A DNA stretch of 64,000 nucleotides from the UHGV virus genome UHGV-0021337. One strand, written 5' to 3'. The DNA comes from a virus. The position numbers and the translations under genes were made by a program. This document shows positions 47,353-56,948 of the stretch, piece by piece. Every line of letters begins with the position of its first letter. The stretch's first letter is position 1. The notes beneath the pieces are model-generated. The model was not told where the DNA came from and did no database searches. It was given only the letters and a program-made list of their open reading frames with translations.

Positions 47353-47987
47353 TGTTAACTACCGAACAGATTGAACAAAATAAACAAACATTTATAAGTA
47401 TACTTCGTTCTATAAACAGAGAAGGAGCAAACATCGAAGGAATGATCTATAAACTTGAACATTCCGACTTCTTTGACGCTCCGGCAAGCGTGCAGTATCA
47501 CAACTCCTTCAAGGGAGGACTTTGTCAACACTCTTTGAATGTACGTAATGCTTTATTTCAGTTTGTAGCGTCTGCATACCCAGAAGGCAGCCCCTGGAGT
47601 GAGGACACACTTAACATCGTTTCGTTGTGTCACGATTTAGCAAAAATGAATTTTTACGAGTCCTATCTTAAGAATGTAAAAGTTTATTGCGAAAACGGTT
47701 CTAAACGTGATAACATGGGTAAATTTGAGTGGACGTCTGAAGAACAATTTAAGATGCGTGATGCAAGCGAAAGGTTTATGCTTGGCTCTCACGGACAGAA
47801 TTCTGAATACATTACAGGAACCTTTATTCCTCTGGCGTTCGAAGAAAGCGTTGCAATAGTAAATCATATGGGTTGGGAGCCTACTGCAAACATGGACCTT
47901 ACTGGAATTTACAATAAATACGCTCTCGCAGTTATGCTTCACTTGGCAGATATGTATAGTACTTATGTCCTAGAAAAGATGTACTAA
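47352..47987 (+). CDS. HD-domain phosphohydrolase
   Basis: H...HD...D pattern (QHSLNV ... CHDLAK ... LHLAD). Confidence 0.45.
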   Translation: MLTTEQIEQNKQTFISILRSINREGANIEGMIYKLEHSDFFDAPASVQYHNSFKGGLCQHSLNVRNALFQFVASAYPEGSPWSEDTLNIVSLCHDLAKMNFYESYLKNVKVYCENGSKRDNMGKFEWTSEEQFKMRDASERFMLGSHGQNSEYITGTFIPLAFEESVAIVNHMGWEPTANMDLTGIYNKYALAVMLHLADMYSTYVLEKMY

Positions 47988-48367
47988 TGAATGAAATCAT
48001 AAAAGAACAGTTGTCAAAGTGTAAAATAGCACAAGTTCCTTCTTTTGACGACAACACAACAATTCTTGTATTAAATAAGCGTGAACCCGAAAAAGATCCG
48101 GAATTAAATCATTACTATATAATTGAATTAGAAGATTATATAGTTAACGAACCGGCAGGGTTCACGCTTAGTTCGAATTGGAATAAAGGCACAAAACCTA
48201 AATATTCGTACTACAGAGTTGAAGTTATTCAGTTAATGGGCAAGATGATTAAAGTTCGTGGAATCGGTTATAATCCAGTTGATGATGTAGATTATCCTGA
48301 ACCTTGGGCAGGTTGGTTACCTAGAAGTGGGTTTCATATAAGGAGAGAGCTGAATGTACGAGTTTGA
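47987..48367 (+). CDS. hypothetical protein
   Basis: 126 aa ORF. Confidence 0.3.
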   Translation: MNEIIKEQLSKCKIAQVPSFDDNTTILVLNKREPEKDPELNHYYIIELEDYIVNEPAGFTLSSNWNKGTKPKYSYYRVEVIQLMGKMIKVRGIGYNPVDDVDYPEPWAGWLPRSGFHIRRELNVRV

Positions 48368-48770
48368 ATTCAGAAAGCTTAATCAAATTCAAATAGAAGA
48401 AGAACTAGCTAAAATTGGGGAAACACCAGAAACACTTCTTGAGATGTCTCAAGTAGGTATTGTGGATAATACCATATATATAAAGATATATAGTAAAGAA
48501 GGACCTGTTCCACATTTTCATTTTTATGAGACACAAAGTCATCGCGCAGGGTGTATTAAAATTTTAGAAGCAGCTTATTTTGCTCATGGTAATTACTTAG
48601 ATGATTTAAAACGTGACGAGCGAAAAGAACTTGTTAAGTGGTTGAACGCGTGGAATGATGACTTTGATAAAACTAATTGGGAAGTTATTTGTAGACTTTG
48701 GAATATGAATAATCCCTTGTATAAATTGAAAAACACAAATCCGCCTATACCGGATTACATGAAATTATAA
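48354..48770 (+). CDS. hypothetical protein
   Basis: 138 aa ORF. Confidence 0.3.
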   Translation: MYEFEFRKLNQIQIEEELAKIGETPETLLEMSQVGIVDNTIYIKIYSKEGPVPHFHFYETQSHRAGCIKILEAAYFAHGNYLDDLKRDERKELVKWLNAWNDDFDKTNWEVICRLWNMNNPLYKLKNTNPPIPDYMKL

Positions 48771-48781
48771 GAGAGAGGGTT

Positions 48782-49801
48782 ATGGCAGAGAGCTTAGCAA
48801 CAAAATATAGGCCCAGAGAATTTGAAAATGTTTGTTCTCAGACAAGTGTAATTCAAATACTTCAGAAAATGCTTGATAAAAATGAAATCAAGAATTGTTA
48901 TCTTTTTGCAGGTGCTAGCGGGTGCGGTAAAACGACTTTAGCAAGAATCTTTGCTAACAAAATAAATGGCGGAGTTGGTAGTCCGATTGAAATTGACGGA
49001 GCTTCGAATTCTGGTGTAGAAAATGTTAGACAGATAATAAAAGCAGCACAAGAAAGGTCATTACAAGGAAAGTATAAAGTATATATTATCGACGAATGTC
49101 ACGCACTTAGTAATGCTGCGTGGCAAGCATTTTTGAAATGTATTGAAGAACCTCCGAAGTACACAATCTTTATGTTTTGTACGACAGATCCGCAGAAAAT
49201 TCCTCAAACAATTCTAAACAGAGTTTGTAGATTCAACATAAGTAAGATTCCAACCGAACAACTTCGAGATAGACTTATGTATGTTTGTCAACAAGAAGGG
49301 TTTACAAATTACGAACAAGCGTGCGATTACATTGCAAAGATATCTAATGGGGGAGCTAGAGATAGTTTAGCAAATCTTGAAAAAGCAGCTGCGTATAATA
49401 CGGACCTCAGCATTGAAAATGTTCTTGCAGCATTAGGTAACTATTCATATAGCACGTTTTTTGATTTGATAAATGGTTTTATAGACGGTGACCAAGCACG
49501 AATTCTTGAAATCGTGGCTCAGTATTACGAAGCAGGCAATGATTTGAAATTGTTTATAGACCAACTTTTATCATTTACAATAGATGTTACAAAGTATTCG
49601 ATATTTAAATCATTTACTATGATAAAGATACCTTCGAATATGCAAGCAGATTTAGACAACGTTGTAAATATTCAGAATGCAAGTCAGTACTTTACATATG
49701 TAATTGACAGACTTCTTGATACAAAAAATATGATAAAGAACGATAGTCAAATTCGTTCATCAATTGAAGTGATGTTTTTAAGGATAGCAAGAGGACAATG
49801 A
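48782..49801 (+). CDS. clamp loader ATPase subunit (DnaX gamma/tau-like, AAA+)
   Basis: Walker A GASGCGKTT, box II IIDECHALS, sensor-1 region TTDPQKIPQTILNRVCRF. Confidence 0.7.
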   Translation: MAESLATKYRPREFENVCSQTSVIQILQKMLDKNEIKNCYLFAGASGCGKTTLARIFANKINGGVGSPIEIDGASNSGVENVRQIIKAAQERSLQGKYKVYIIDECHALSNAAWQAFLKCIEEPPKYTIFMFCTTDPQKIPQTILNRVCRFNISKIPTEQLRDRLMYVCQQEGFTNYEQACDYIAKISNGGARDSLANLEKAAAYNTDLSIENVLAALGNYSYSTFFDLINGFIDGDQARILEIVAQYYEAGNDLKLFIDQLLSFTIDVTKYSIFKSFTMIKIPSNMQADLDNVVNIQNASQYFTYVIDRLLDTKNMIKNDSQIRSSIEVMFLRIARGQ

Positions 49802-50598
49802 ATATAGTAGGACAAGATAAAATTCTAAATTCAATAAAAGAATTAAATCTTGACACTTTTCCTAGGTCTGTGATGCTTGTAGGTCCAGAAGGGTCAGGAA
49901 AACATTCTATTGCGTGTTTTATAGCTCGTCATCTTGGTATTACAATGGAAGATATATCTGACAAACTAACACTGGAAACAATAGACGATATTTCAACACG
50001 CGTAGAACCAAGCGTGTATTTAATTGACACAAAAAAGATAACTGTTAAAGAGCAAAACACAATTCTTAAGTTTGTTGAAGAACCACTTAAGAATGCTTAC
50101 ATAATCATAATAACAGAAAGTAAGAATAGACTTCTGGACACTGTCTTGAACAGGTGTTTAGTTTGGACATTGTCAAATTATTCAAAATCTACGTTAGAGG
50201 TATTCCTGAATAGTGTTACACAAGATAATGAGTTGATTCTTGAAATTGCTACTACTCCAGGTCAAGTTATAAAATATCGAGACGCTCAGCTTAAGGAATA
50301 TGTTGAATTAGCAAGAAAAATTATAAATTGTATTGATATAGCTTCTGTTCCTAACACTTTAACCTTAGTAGATAAGTTACAGTATAAAGACGAAAAAGAT
50401 AAGCTTACTGCAGATATTTTCTTTTCAGTGCTGTTGCACGAATCTTGGAAAGCAGTTAAAGAATCGACAAAGCCTTATGCAGACAGACTTTATATTTTGA
50501 CAGATCAACTTAAGAATGATTTGTTAATTGCAAATGTTGATAAAAAGACACTTTTTGAAAACTATTTGGTACGACTTTGGTCTGAGGTGAGAATATGA
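49798..50598 (+). CDS. clamp loader delta-prime-like subunit
   Basis: P-loop-like GPEGSGKHS; coupled between the ATPase and delta-like genes. Confidence 0.45.
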   Translation: MNIVGQDKILNSIKELNLDTFPRSVMLVGPEGSGKHSIACFIARHLGITMEDISDKLTLETIDDISTRVEPSVYLIDTKKITVKEQNTILKFVEEPLKNAYIIIITESKNRLLDTVLNRCLVWTLSNYSKSTLEVFLNSVTQDNELILEIATTPGQVIKYRDAQLKEYVELARKIINCIDIASVPNTLTLVDKLQYKDEKDKLTADIFFSVLLHESWKAVKESTKPYADRLYILTDQLKNDLLIANVDKKTLFENYLVRLWSEVRI

Positions 50599-51497
50599 AT
50601 ATAGAAGATTTCAAAAAAGATGTTCTACAACATACAGTTAAGCCAGGAATCATAATCTTTGAAAATTCGGACAATAGTTTTGTAGCAAATCAATACATAG
50701 AGGAAATTGCAAAACAACGACATATGTCAGTTGAGCAGATTGACGATATATCAGAAATTTCAGGAAGAAGTAATGATATATTCGGTATGACTTCATTAGA
50801 CTCTGTTTTGCATATTTGTAGAGTAAAAGAATTTGATGCATTTGCATATGATATAAGTTTAATTGACCGAGACGATATCGTAATTGTTTGCGATAAAGCA
50901 CTAGGTGCTCCGCGTTGGGATGATAAAATTGTTAAAATACCCAGACTTGAACAGTGGCAGATAAAAGATTATTTATATTCTAAAGTCGAGGGTGTTGATA
51001 GAAAACAGCTAGATTGGTTACAAGAACTTTGTGGTAATGATATATATCGTATAAACGAAGAAATAGACAAGATTGTTTTGTTTGATAAAAAAGAGCAAAA
51101 TAAGATGTTTTCAAAATTTATTGATGATAATGTGTTTAGTGATTTAAGCACTTATAATATCTTCAATATGTCTAATGCAATACTAAGTAAAGATTTAATA
51201 ACATTGCAAAAAATTTGGTCTGAAATTGATAGAATTGACGTATCTGCATTAGGCCTAGTAAAGATACTGCAGAACAGTTTTAGACTTATTCTGATTGTAA
51301 AGGGAAGCTCTAACTGCCCAGATAATATATCACCTAAACAGTTTTGGATACTTCGCAAACAATCTCAGATGTACACAAACAAACAACTACTCAGTGGTTT
51401 AGAATTATTAACCTCCATTGACTTACGTCTAAAAACAGGCTTGATAGAAGCTTCTATTATACTAGATTTTGTTATTTTACATATTTTGTCTTTATAG
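50595..51497 (+). CDS. clamp loader delta (HolA-like) subunit
   Basis: 300 aa; its C-terminus is paralogous to the relic at 52753-52920. Confidence 0.4.
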   Translation: MNIEDFKKDVLQHTVKPGIIIFENSDNSFVANQYIEEIAKQRHMSVEQIDDISEISGRSNDIFGMTSLDSVLHICRVKEFDAFAYDISLIDRDDIVIVCDKALGAPRWDDKIVKIPRLEQWQIKDYLYSKVEGVDRKQLDWLQELCGNDIYRINEEIDKIVLFDKKEQNKMFSKFIDDNVFSDLSTYNIFNMSNAILSKDLITLQKIWSEIDRIDVSALGLVKILQNSFRLILIVKGSSNCPDNISPKQFWILRKQSQMYTNKQLLSGLELLTSIDLRLKTGLIEASIILDFVILHILSL

Positions 51498-51536
51498 CTC
51501 TACTAAATTATTTAGTAAGACTATAAGGATACCCAG

Positions 51537-52700
51537 ATGCTTCTTGAAAAATTGATTAACTTGAAATTAGTAGTAGACAACGAACATGCTAGAAAATATT
51601 GTAATTTGATTGAACTAAATCTAAACAACTCACATAAACCTTTTGAAACTCAACGCCATCCTCAGTATTGGTTTACACAGAATAGTAAAACTGTAATTGA
51701 TAACGACAACATTGTTAATTTGACTCATCGAGATCACTTACTAGCACATTATTATCTATCTTTATGTGCGTATGACGAATACGGCAGGAACTGCAATAGT
51801 TACGCAGCATATCTAATGCTTCAGCGTACGGGGTCAACTAAGCCTGGTGATATAACGGCAAAAGAGCTAGATCAATATAGCGAATTGTACGCTCAGTATA
51901 CTGCAGCGGCTTCCAAACGAATGTCTAACTCAGTTTTCATGAATAAAGACGGTAAAAATACTACTGTTTTAAGGTCAAACATTTCCTCAATGGAGGCTGA
52001 AGGTTGGGTGTTAGGAAGATACTGGTCTGAAGACGAAAAACTACGATTTTCAGAAGCTGTGAAGAACGGTATGAAAAATGTGACGTACGATCATGCACAG
52101 GTATCTGAGAGGGCAAGACGCTCGGCGGCAACAATTAGATCGAACCCAACATTGCAAAAAGAGATATCAAAGAAAATCAGTGAAAAGTTGAGAGGCAGAA
52201 CACTGTCTGATACTACCGTGTCTTTACTGCGTGAAAAAGCAAAGCAGCTCAGATGGGTAACAAACGGTATTGAAACGTTACGAGTCACAGTCGATGAATT
52301 AGAGGCATATTTGTCACAAGGGTATCGACAAGGTCGCTCAAACCAACCTAATTCTTTTGCCTCAATGTCAGAAGAAACAAAAGCTGAGAGAGCTAAAAAG
52401 ATAAGTGCATCATTGAAGGGAAGAGAATTTACAGCTGAGCACAGAAGAAAGTTGGGAGAAGCTACCCGTAAACTAAAGGGAACACGTATGCATATAAAGC
52501 GGCAAATGAACGATTCATCTTGGGAGTACAAGTTCATACGAATATCAGAGTTTGACTGCTACTCTTCTCAAGGTTGGGTGCCGGGCAGTGCTCCGCGACC
52601 AGGCGCCAGAGGTAGAAAATGCTCTGAGGAACAAATCAAAAAACAAAAAGCTACAATTGCTGCTAGAAGACAGGTAGGATTGAGCTCAAAACAACATTAG
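51537..52700 (+). mobile_element. free-standing HNH homing endonuclease with NUMOD3 DNA-binding repeats
   Basis: NIVNLTHRDHLLAH (HNH-like C-half); repeated SEETKAERAKKISASLKGR-type NUMOD3 units; inserted between clamp-loader genes and flanked by duplicated holA 3' ends. Confidence 0.65.
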
Positions 52701-52752
52701 AAATATCATAAAAATTCAACTAAATAGTTGTCCTACAGCTGAAAATACTGGA

Positions 52753-52920
52753 ATGAGTTCAAAACAATTCTACGCAGTATCGAGGAGTTGTGGTAGATAT
52801 ACAAAAGAACGTTTATTAGAAATTTTTACAATGCTAACAGACGTTGATAAACAACTTAAAAGTGGAACATTGCCTGCTGATTTAATCCTTGATTATATCG
52901 TATTAAATATGCTCAAGTAA
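52753..52920 (+). pseudogene. displaced, diverged duplicate of the holA-like gene 3' end (55 codons)
   Basis: SKQFYAVSRSCGRYTKERLLEIFTMLTDVDKQLKSGTLPADLILDYIVLNMLK aligns with the C-terminus of ORF 50595-51497 (PKQFWILRKQSQMYTNKQLLSGLELLTSIDLRLKTGLIEASIILDFVILHILSL). Confidence 0.45.
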
Positions 52921-52952
52921 AATAATAAATACATAACATAATCGCCTGTTTT

Positions 52953-52986
52953 AACCGGGTAGCACACGGTTGAGCGGGTATTTTTA
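52953..52986 (+). terminator. possible terminator hairpin
   Basis: AACCG-9 nt-CGGTT then GAGCGGGTATTTTTAT. Confidence 0.25.
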
Positions 52987-52999
52987 TAAGGAGAATTAT

Positions 53000-53221
53000 A
53001 TGAATGATGCTGTGAATCATCCTTCGCATTACACTTTTGGAAAGTACGAAACTATACAAGTTATTGAGGATTGGAAACTTCCTTATCATCTTGGAAATGC
53101 AGTTAAATACATATCTAGAGCTGGACGTAAAGACCCTACAAAAACTATTGAAGATTTGAAGAAGGCTCGCTGGTATTTGAATAGATATATTAAGTTATTA
53201 CAAAAAGAGGCAAAGAATTGA
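53000..53221 (+). CDS. conserved small phage protein (SHY...GNAVKYISR motif; resembles a DUF3310-type family)
   Basis: ATG 53000 follows AAGGAG; 73 aa; coupled to thyX. Confidence 0.4.
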   Translation: MNDAVNHPSHYTFGKYETIQVIEDWKLPYHLGNAVKYISRAGRKDPTKTIEDLKKARWYLNRYIKLLQKEAKN

Positions 53222-53886
53222 ACGTAGAACTTATTTCATACACTAAAGACCCAGTTAACATGATAGAGACCGCAGCGTCTACTTGTTATGACTCTGAACC
53301 TACTAATGGTAAGATAATGAATCATTGTTATAAATCTGGTCATCATTCAGTATTAGAGTTTGCAGAATTTACATTTAAGATAACAGGTGTAAGTAGAGCT
53401 TTAACACACCAACTTGTTAGACATAGATGTGCAAGTTATGCACAAAGAAGCCAACGTTATTGTAAAGAAGATGGATTTAAGTATGTTATTCCACAATCAA
53501 TAAGAAATAATCCTGATTTGTTGTACTCATATGAAATGTTAATGAATCAAATTAAACTTATGTATAACAATTTGATACTGAGTAACATACCTAATGAAGA
53601 TGCTCGCTACATTCTTCCTAATGCGTGCGAAACTGAAATATGCGTTAAGATGAATTTAAGAGAGTTAATTCATTTCTGTAACGAACGGTTGTGTACCTGC
53701 GCGCAATGGGAAATCCGTCAACTTGCACGTAAGATAAAAGAATGTGTTGAAAGCGTTAGCCCAGAATGTGCAAAGTATCTTGTACCTAAATGTGAAGCTC
53801 ACAGTCCGTATAACTTCTGCACCGAAACAAAGAAGAGAAGTTGTGGGAAACATAAAGTAATATCAGAGGTTATTCAAAATGTATGA
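53218..53886 (+). CDS. thyX: flavin-dependent thymidylate synthase ThyX
   Basis: ThyX signature VRHRCASYAQRSQRY (RHRxxxxxxxSxR). Confidence 0.75.
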   Translation: MNVELISYTKDPVNMIETAASTCYDSEPTNGKIMNHCYKSGHHSVLEFAEFTFKITGVSRALTHQLVRHRCASYAQRSQRYCKEDGFKYVIPQSIRNNPDLLYSYEMLMNQIKLMYNNLILSNIPNEDARYILPNACETEICVKMNLRELIHFCNERLCTCAQWEIRQLARKIKECVESVSPECAKYLVPKCEAHSPYNFCTETKKRSCGKHKVISEVIQNV

Positions 53887-54163
53887 TATAACATATTGGC
53901 AAGTAAAACGATTGTCTGACTGCTATGTCGATATTCCTAAGAACCGAATAACAAAAGACACACGATTTAATCTCGGGGTCTACACAGTGTTTGGAAACCA
54001 TTTCAGTCAACTTAATGATATGACTCAATTTCTATCGAGTGTAAAAACAGACCAAGTATTTGCAAGTGAGTTGGAAGCGTTCAAAACTGCGTTAGACTTG
54101 AATCAAAGAATGATTGAACAGTATACTGATATAGTAACTAATTCATTTGATTCCTTTGACTAA
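53879..54163 (+). CDS. hypothetical protein
   Basis: 94 aa ORF. Confidence 0.3.
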   Translation: MYDITYWQVKRLSDCYVDIPKNRITKDTRFNLGVYTVFGNHFSQLNDMTQFLSSVKTDQVFASELEAFKTALDLNQRMIEQYTDIVTNSFDSFD

Positions 54164-54170
54164 CTTTAAT

Positions 54171-54192
54171 ATAATATAGTTGTAAATTAAAT
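54171..54192 (+). promoter_or_regulatory. copy of the recurring 22-nt promoter-like motif
   Basis: ATAATATAGTTGTAAATTAAAT is identical to 63106-63127; lies upstream of the S21 gene. Confidence 0.4.
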
Positions 54193-54256
54193 TTACATAA
54201 AATACTACTTATTGTTATCTCTATAACAAAATAAAATAAAAGGTGGTGATGAATGA

Positions 54257-54556
54257 ATGGCAAAAGTAGTAGCAAAAGAATTCAGAAATGATAAAGGATA
54301 CAAGTCGGTCGAATCACTTGACAGCTTGTTAAGACGCTTTAAGCGTAAAGTTGCAAACGAAGGTATTATTCAGTCCTTAAAGGAACAGGAATACTACGTC
54401 AGTCACGGACAGCAACGCAGACTTGAAAAAGAAGCCGCTGTTAGACGTATTCAACGTAACAATGCTAAACAGCAACTTAAAGAAGACGTTTTAGCTGGAA
54501 AAGTCCATTTAAGTAAAACTCAAACGAAAAAGCTTGGACTTGGAGGTAAACGATGA
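54257..54556 (+). CDS. rpsU: ribosomal protein S21 homologue with a basic C-terminal extension
   Basis: LDSLLRRFKRKVANEGIIQSLKEQEYYVSHGQQRRLEKEAAVRR matches the bS21 core (LRRFKR ... EfYEKP ... R.K). Confidence 0.55.
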   Translation: MAKVVAKEFRNDKGYKSVESLDSLLRRFKRKVANEGIIQSLKEQEYYVSHGQQRRLEKEAAVRRIQRNNAKQQLKEDVLAGKVHLSKTQTKKLGLGGKR

Positions 54557-54888
54557 AAGAAAGATCCATGTTGGATGTTATGAAAGAGTACACGGCGGAG
54601 GTTAACACTTGTACGCGTTATAAACTCCCTGGAGCATTAGATAATGATTGCGTTATAACTCGTGTACTTTTCAATAAACCTGCTACGATTGTATTTTGGA
54701 ACGATGGTACTAAAACTATTACAAAATGTAACGAAGACGATACTTATAGTAAGGAAGCAGGACTTGCAATATGCTGTCTTAAAAAAGCATTTGGTAAAAA
54801 GGCAAACGAATGTTTGAGAGCCTTTATCGAAGTAGGCAAGAATGATGTTAATATGAATGACATTCGTAAATTACTTAAAAATAAATAA
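54553..54888 (+). CDS. hypothetical protein
   Basis: 111 aa ORF with ATGA coupling. Confidence 0.3.
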   Translation: MKERSMLDVMKEYTAEVNTCTRYKLPGALDNDCVITRVLFNKPATIVFWNDGTKTITKCNEDDTYSKEAGLAICCLKKAFGKKANECLRAFIEVGKNDVNMNDIRKLLKNK

Positions 54889-54920
54889 GCTCACATTTTA
54901 GACACTTAAAATATTCATAA

Positions 54921-54950
54921 AAAAGCATCAATTTCGGTTGATGCTTTTTT
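54921..54950 (+). terminator. rho-independent terminator
   Basis: AAAAGCATCAA / TTGATGCTTTT 11-bp stem followed by TTTTTT. Confidence 0.6.
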
Positions 54951-54966
54951 ATGTATACCTTATAAT
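54938..54966 (+). promoter_or_regulatory. possible promoter overlapping the terminator's 3' arm
   Basis: TTGATG, 17-nt spacer, TATAAT 54961-54966. Confidence 0.3.
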
Positions 54967-54989
54967 AAGAGTGTAAGGAGGAAGTTACT

Positions 54990-55094
54990 ATGTTTTGGCT
55001 TGGGTTAAGTATCGGATTAGTTGTAGGAGCTCATCTTGGAGTGTTTATAATTTGTGCGTGTGTACTTGCAAAAGATAACAGAGAGGACGAATAA
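54990..55094 (+). CDS. possible 34-aa hydrophobic peptide
   Basis: MFWLGLSIGLVVGAHLGVFIICACVLAKDNREDE; RBS AAGGAGGAAG; TAAATG coupling to the next gene. Confidence 0.2.
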   Translation: MFWLGLSIGLVVGAHLGVFIICACVLAKDNREDE

Positions 55095-55472
55095 ATGGTA
55101 ATTGCAGTTGATTTTGATGGAACTATTGTTGAAAATATGTATCCTGAAATAGGTGCTCCAAAATATGACGTAGTATACGCTCTTAAAGATTTTCGAGCAG
55201 CTGGAAATAAACTTATACTCTGGACCTGCAGAGACGGGATTGATTTAGAAAGAGCGGTTAACTATTGCGAAAAAATACTCGGTCTACACTTTGATTATAT
55301 CAATACAGACACCGATGAAGCACTGAAAAAATATCCTGGTCGAGGTAGAAAAGTAGGAGCAGATTTATACATTGATGATAAAGCGTTATCTCCTGATCAG
55401 TTCGTTTGCTTGGCCACTGCTGCAATTCAAGATTTGAAAAAAGAAATTAACAAACGTATGTTAATTAGTTAA
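55095..55472 (+). CDS. HAD-family phosphatase (minimal; polynucleotide 3'-phosphatase-like DxDGT)
   Basis: Motif I AVDFDGTIV, motif II LWTCR, motif IV YIDDK. Confidence 0.5.
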   Translation: MVIAVDFDGTIVENMYPEIGAPKYDVVYALKDFRAAGNKLILWTCRDGIDLERAVNYCEKILGLHFDYINTDTDEALKKYPGRGRKVGADLYIDDKALSPDQFVCLATAAIQDLKKEINKRMLIS

Positions 55473-55501
55473 CTTAGCTTGTATAATCAATTGGAGGAAA
55501 T

Positions 55502-55714
55502 ATGAATTCGACATTTGAAATAACATATGTAAATGAAAGTGGTTGTCCTTGTACAGCTATTATTCACGATCAAGATTACTATTACTGGTCACATAACAGA
55601 GACTTGACTGGAAAATTCTACAAAGTAAGAAGAACTATTGTGGGAAAATTCTTAGATAAGCTTAAAAGTTGTACCAACATTGTAATAAAGGAGGTTTGCA
55701 CGAATGCTAAATAA
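55502..55714 (+). CDS. hypothetical small protein
   Basis: 70 aa ORF with RBS GGAGGAAATATG. Confidence 0.3.
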   Translation: MNSTFEITYVNESGCPCTAIIHDQDYYYWSHNRDLTGKFYKVRRTIVGKFLDKLKSCTNIVIKEVCTNAK

Positions 55715-56921
55715 ACGTGGTGAACGCGAACTTGCGTATATAGCTCAAGTGACTGACATTGTTCCTATTGAAGGAGCAGACAAAGTAGAACTTGCTTATG
55801 TAAATGGATGGACTGTAATGGTCCGTAAAGGTCAGTTCAAAGTAGGTGATCCTTGCGTGTACTTTGAAATAGACTCCAAAGTCCCTGAAACTGAACAGTT
55901 TGAATTTCTGAGCAAATATAAGTACAAAATTAAGACTCAAAGATTTATAAAAGGTAAAGTTCTTAGTCAAGGTCTTATAATGACCTTAGAAGAATTAGGG
56001 CTGCAAGACTGCAAGGTTGGCGACTTTGTAACTGAACGACTCGGAGTAACTTACTACGAACCGGAAGATAACACTCGTAAAGCAGACAACAAGAAACTTG
56101 CACAGATAAAACTTGAAAGGTTTATAGAACGTTGGACACGTAAGCATAGAATACTTTCAAAGATAAAGTTTATTGTAAAACTTCGCAAAAAGATTTGGTT
56201 GAGAACGTATTTCAAGAATCAGAAAAAGAAAAAGACCGATTGGCCTTACTGGGTTGTTAAAACTGACGAAGAAAGGTGTCAGAATCTACCAAAGCTTTTC
56301 ATGGATAATGACAAAGAATATATGGGTACAGAAAAGATAGACGGAACTTCAACAACGTTTACAATGTATCAGGCTCGAAAGAAAAAGCGTAGAGCAATAG
56401 TTTGTTCAAGAAATGTAGTATTCAACACTCCTGAAAAAGAAGAAAGAAATTACTACAAGGATACAGACGGTAATGTTTATCTGGAGATGTACGAAAAATA
56501 TAACATAGAAAAAGTACTTAACTATGTACTAGATGAACACCCAGAATATGAATTTATAACTATCCAAGGCGAAAGTTACGGTGGAACGATTCAAAAACGA
56601 AATTACGGTCCGGAACACAGACTTGCAATATTCAACTACATATATAAAGAAAATGGTCAAGCTCCTGTTCGGCTTAATCCTGTTGAAATGAATGAGCAAA
56701 TTGATTGTCTAAATCAACGTTTGAATACTGCTTTAGAAACTGTCCCACTTCTTTACATCGGATTTAAGCTTCCTGATACTTGCGAAGAACTTCTTAAAAT
56801 TGCGGAAGGGCCTTCAAGAATTGATGGAAAACCTCGTGAAGGAATTGTTTTTAGAGACAACAACGGACAGGAAAGTTTTAAGGCTGTCTCAAATTCCTTC
56901 TTAGAAGCTTATCACAACTAG
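55704..56921 (+). CDS. ATP-dependent RNA ligase-like nucleotidyltransferase (an ATP-dependent DNA ligase is not excluded)
   Basis: Lysine motif I TEKIDGTST (KxDG); downstream ITIQGESYGG; N-terminal OB-like extension. Confidence 0.5.
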   Translation: MLNKRGERELAYIAQVTDIVPIEGADKVELAYVNGWTVMVRKGQFKVGDPCVYFEIDSKVPETEQFEFLSKYKYKIKTQRFIKGKVLSQGLIMTLEELGLQDCKVGDFVTERLGVTYYEPEDNTRKADNKKLAQIKLERFIERWTRKHRILSKIKFIVKLRKKIWLRTYFKNQKKKKTDWPYWVVKTDEERCQNLPKLFMDNDKEYMGTEKIDGTSTTFTMYQARKKKRRAIVCSRNVVFNTPEKEERNYYKDTDGNVYLEMYEKYNIEKVLNYVLDEHPEYEFITIQGESYGGTIQKRNYGPEHRLAIFNYIYKENGQAPVRLNPVEMNEQIDCLNQRLNTALETVPLLYIGFKLPDTCEELLKIAEGPSRIDGKPREGIVFRDNNGQESFKAVSNSFLEAYHN

Positions 56922-56948
56922 AACAAATAAATTAAATGGAGTAATAAA

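Noticed and set aside
50595-52920. A group I intron interrupting the holA-like gene, as an alternative to a free-standing endonuclease
   Set aside because: The downstream fragment duplicates the C-terminus already present in the intact upstream ORF rather than continuing it. No intron core elements were evident.
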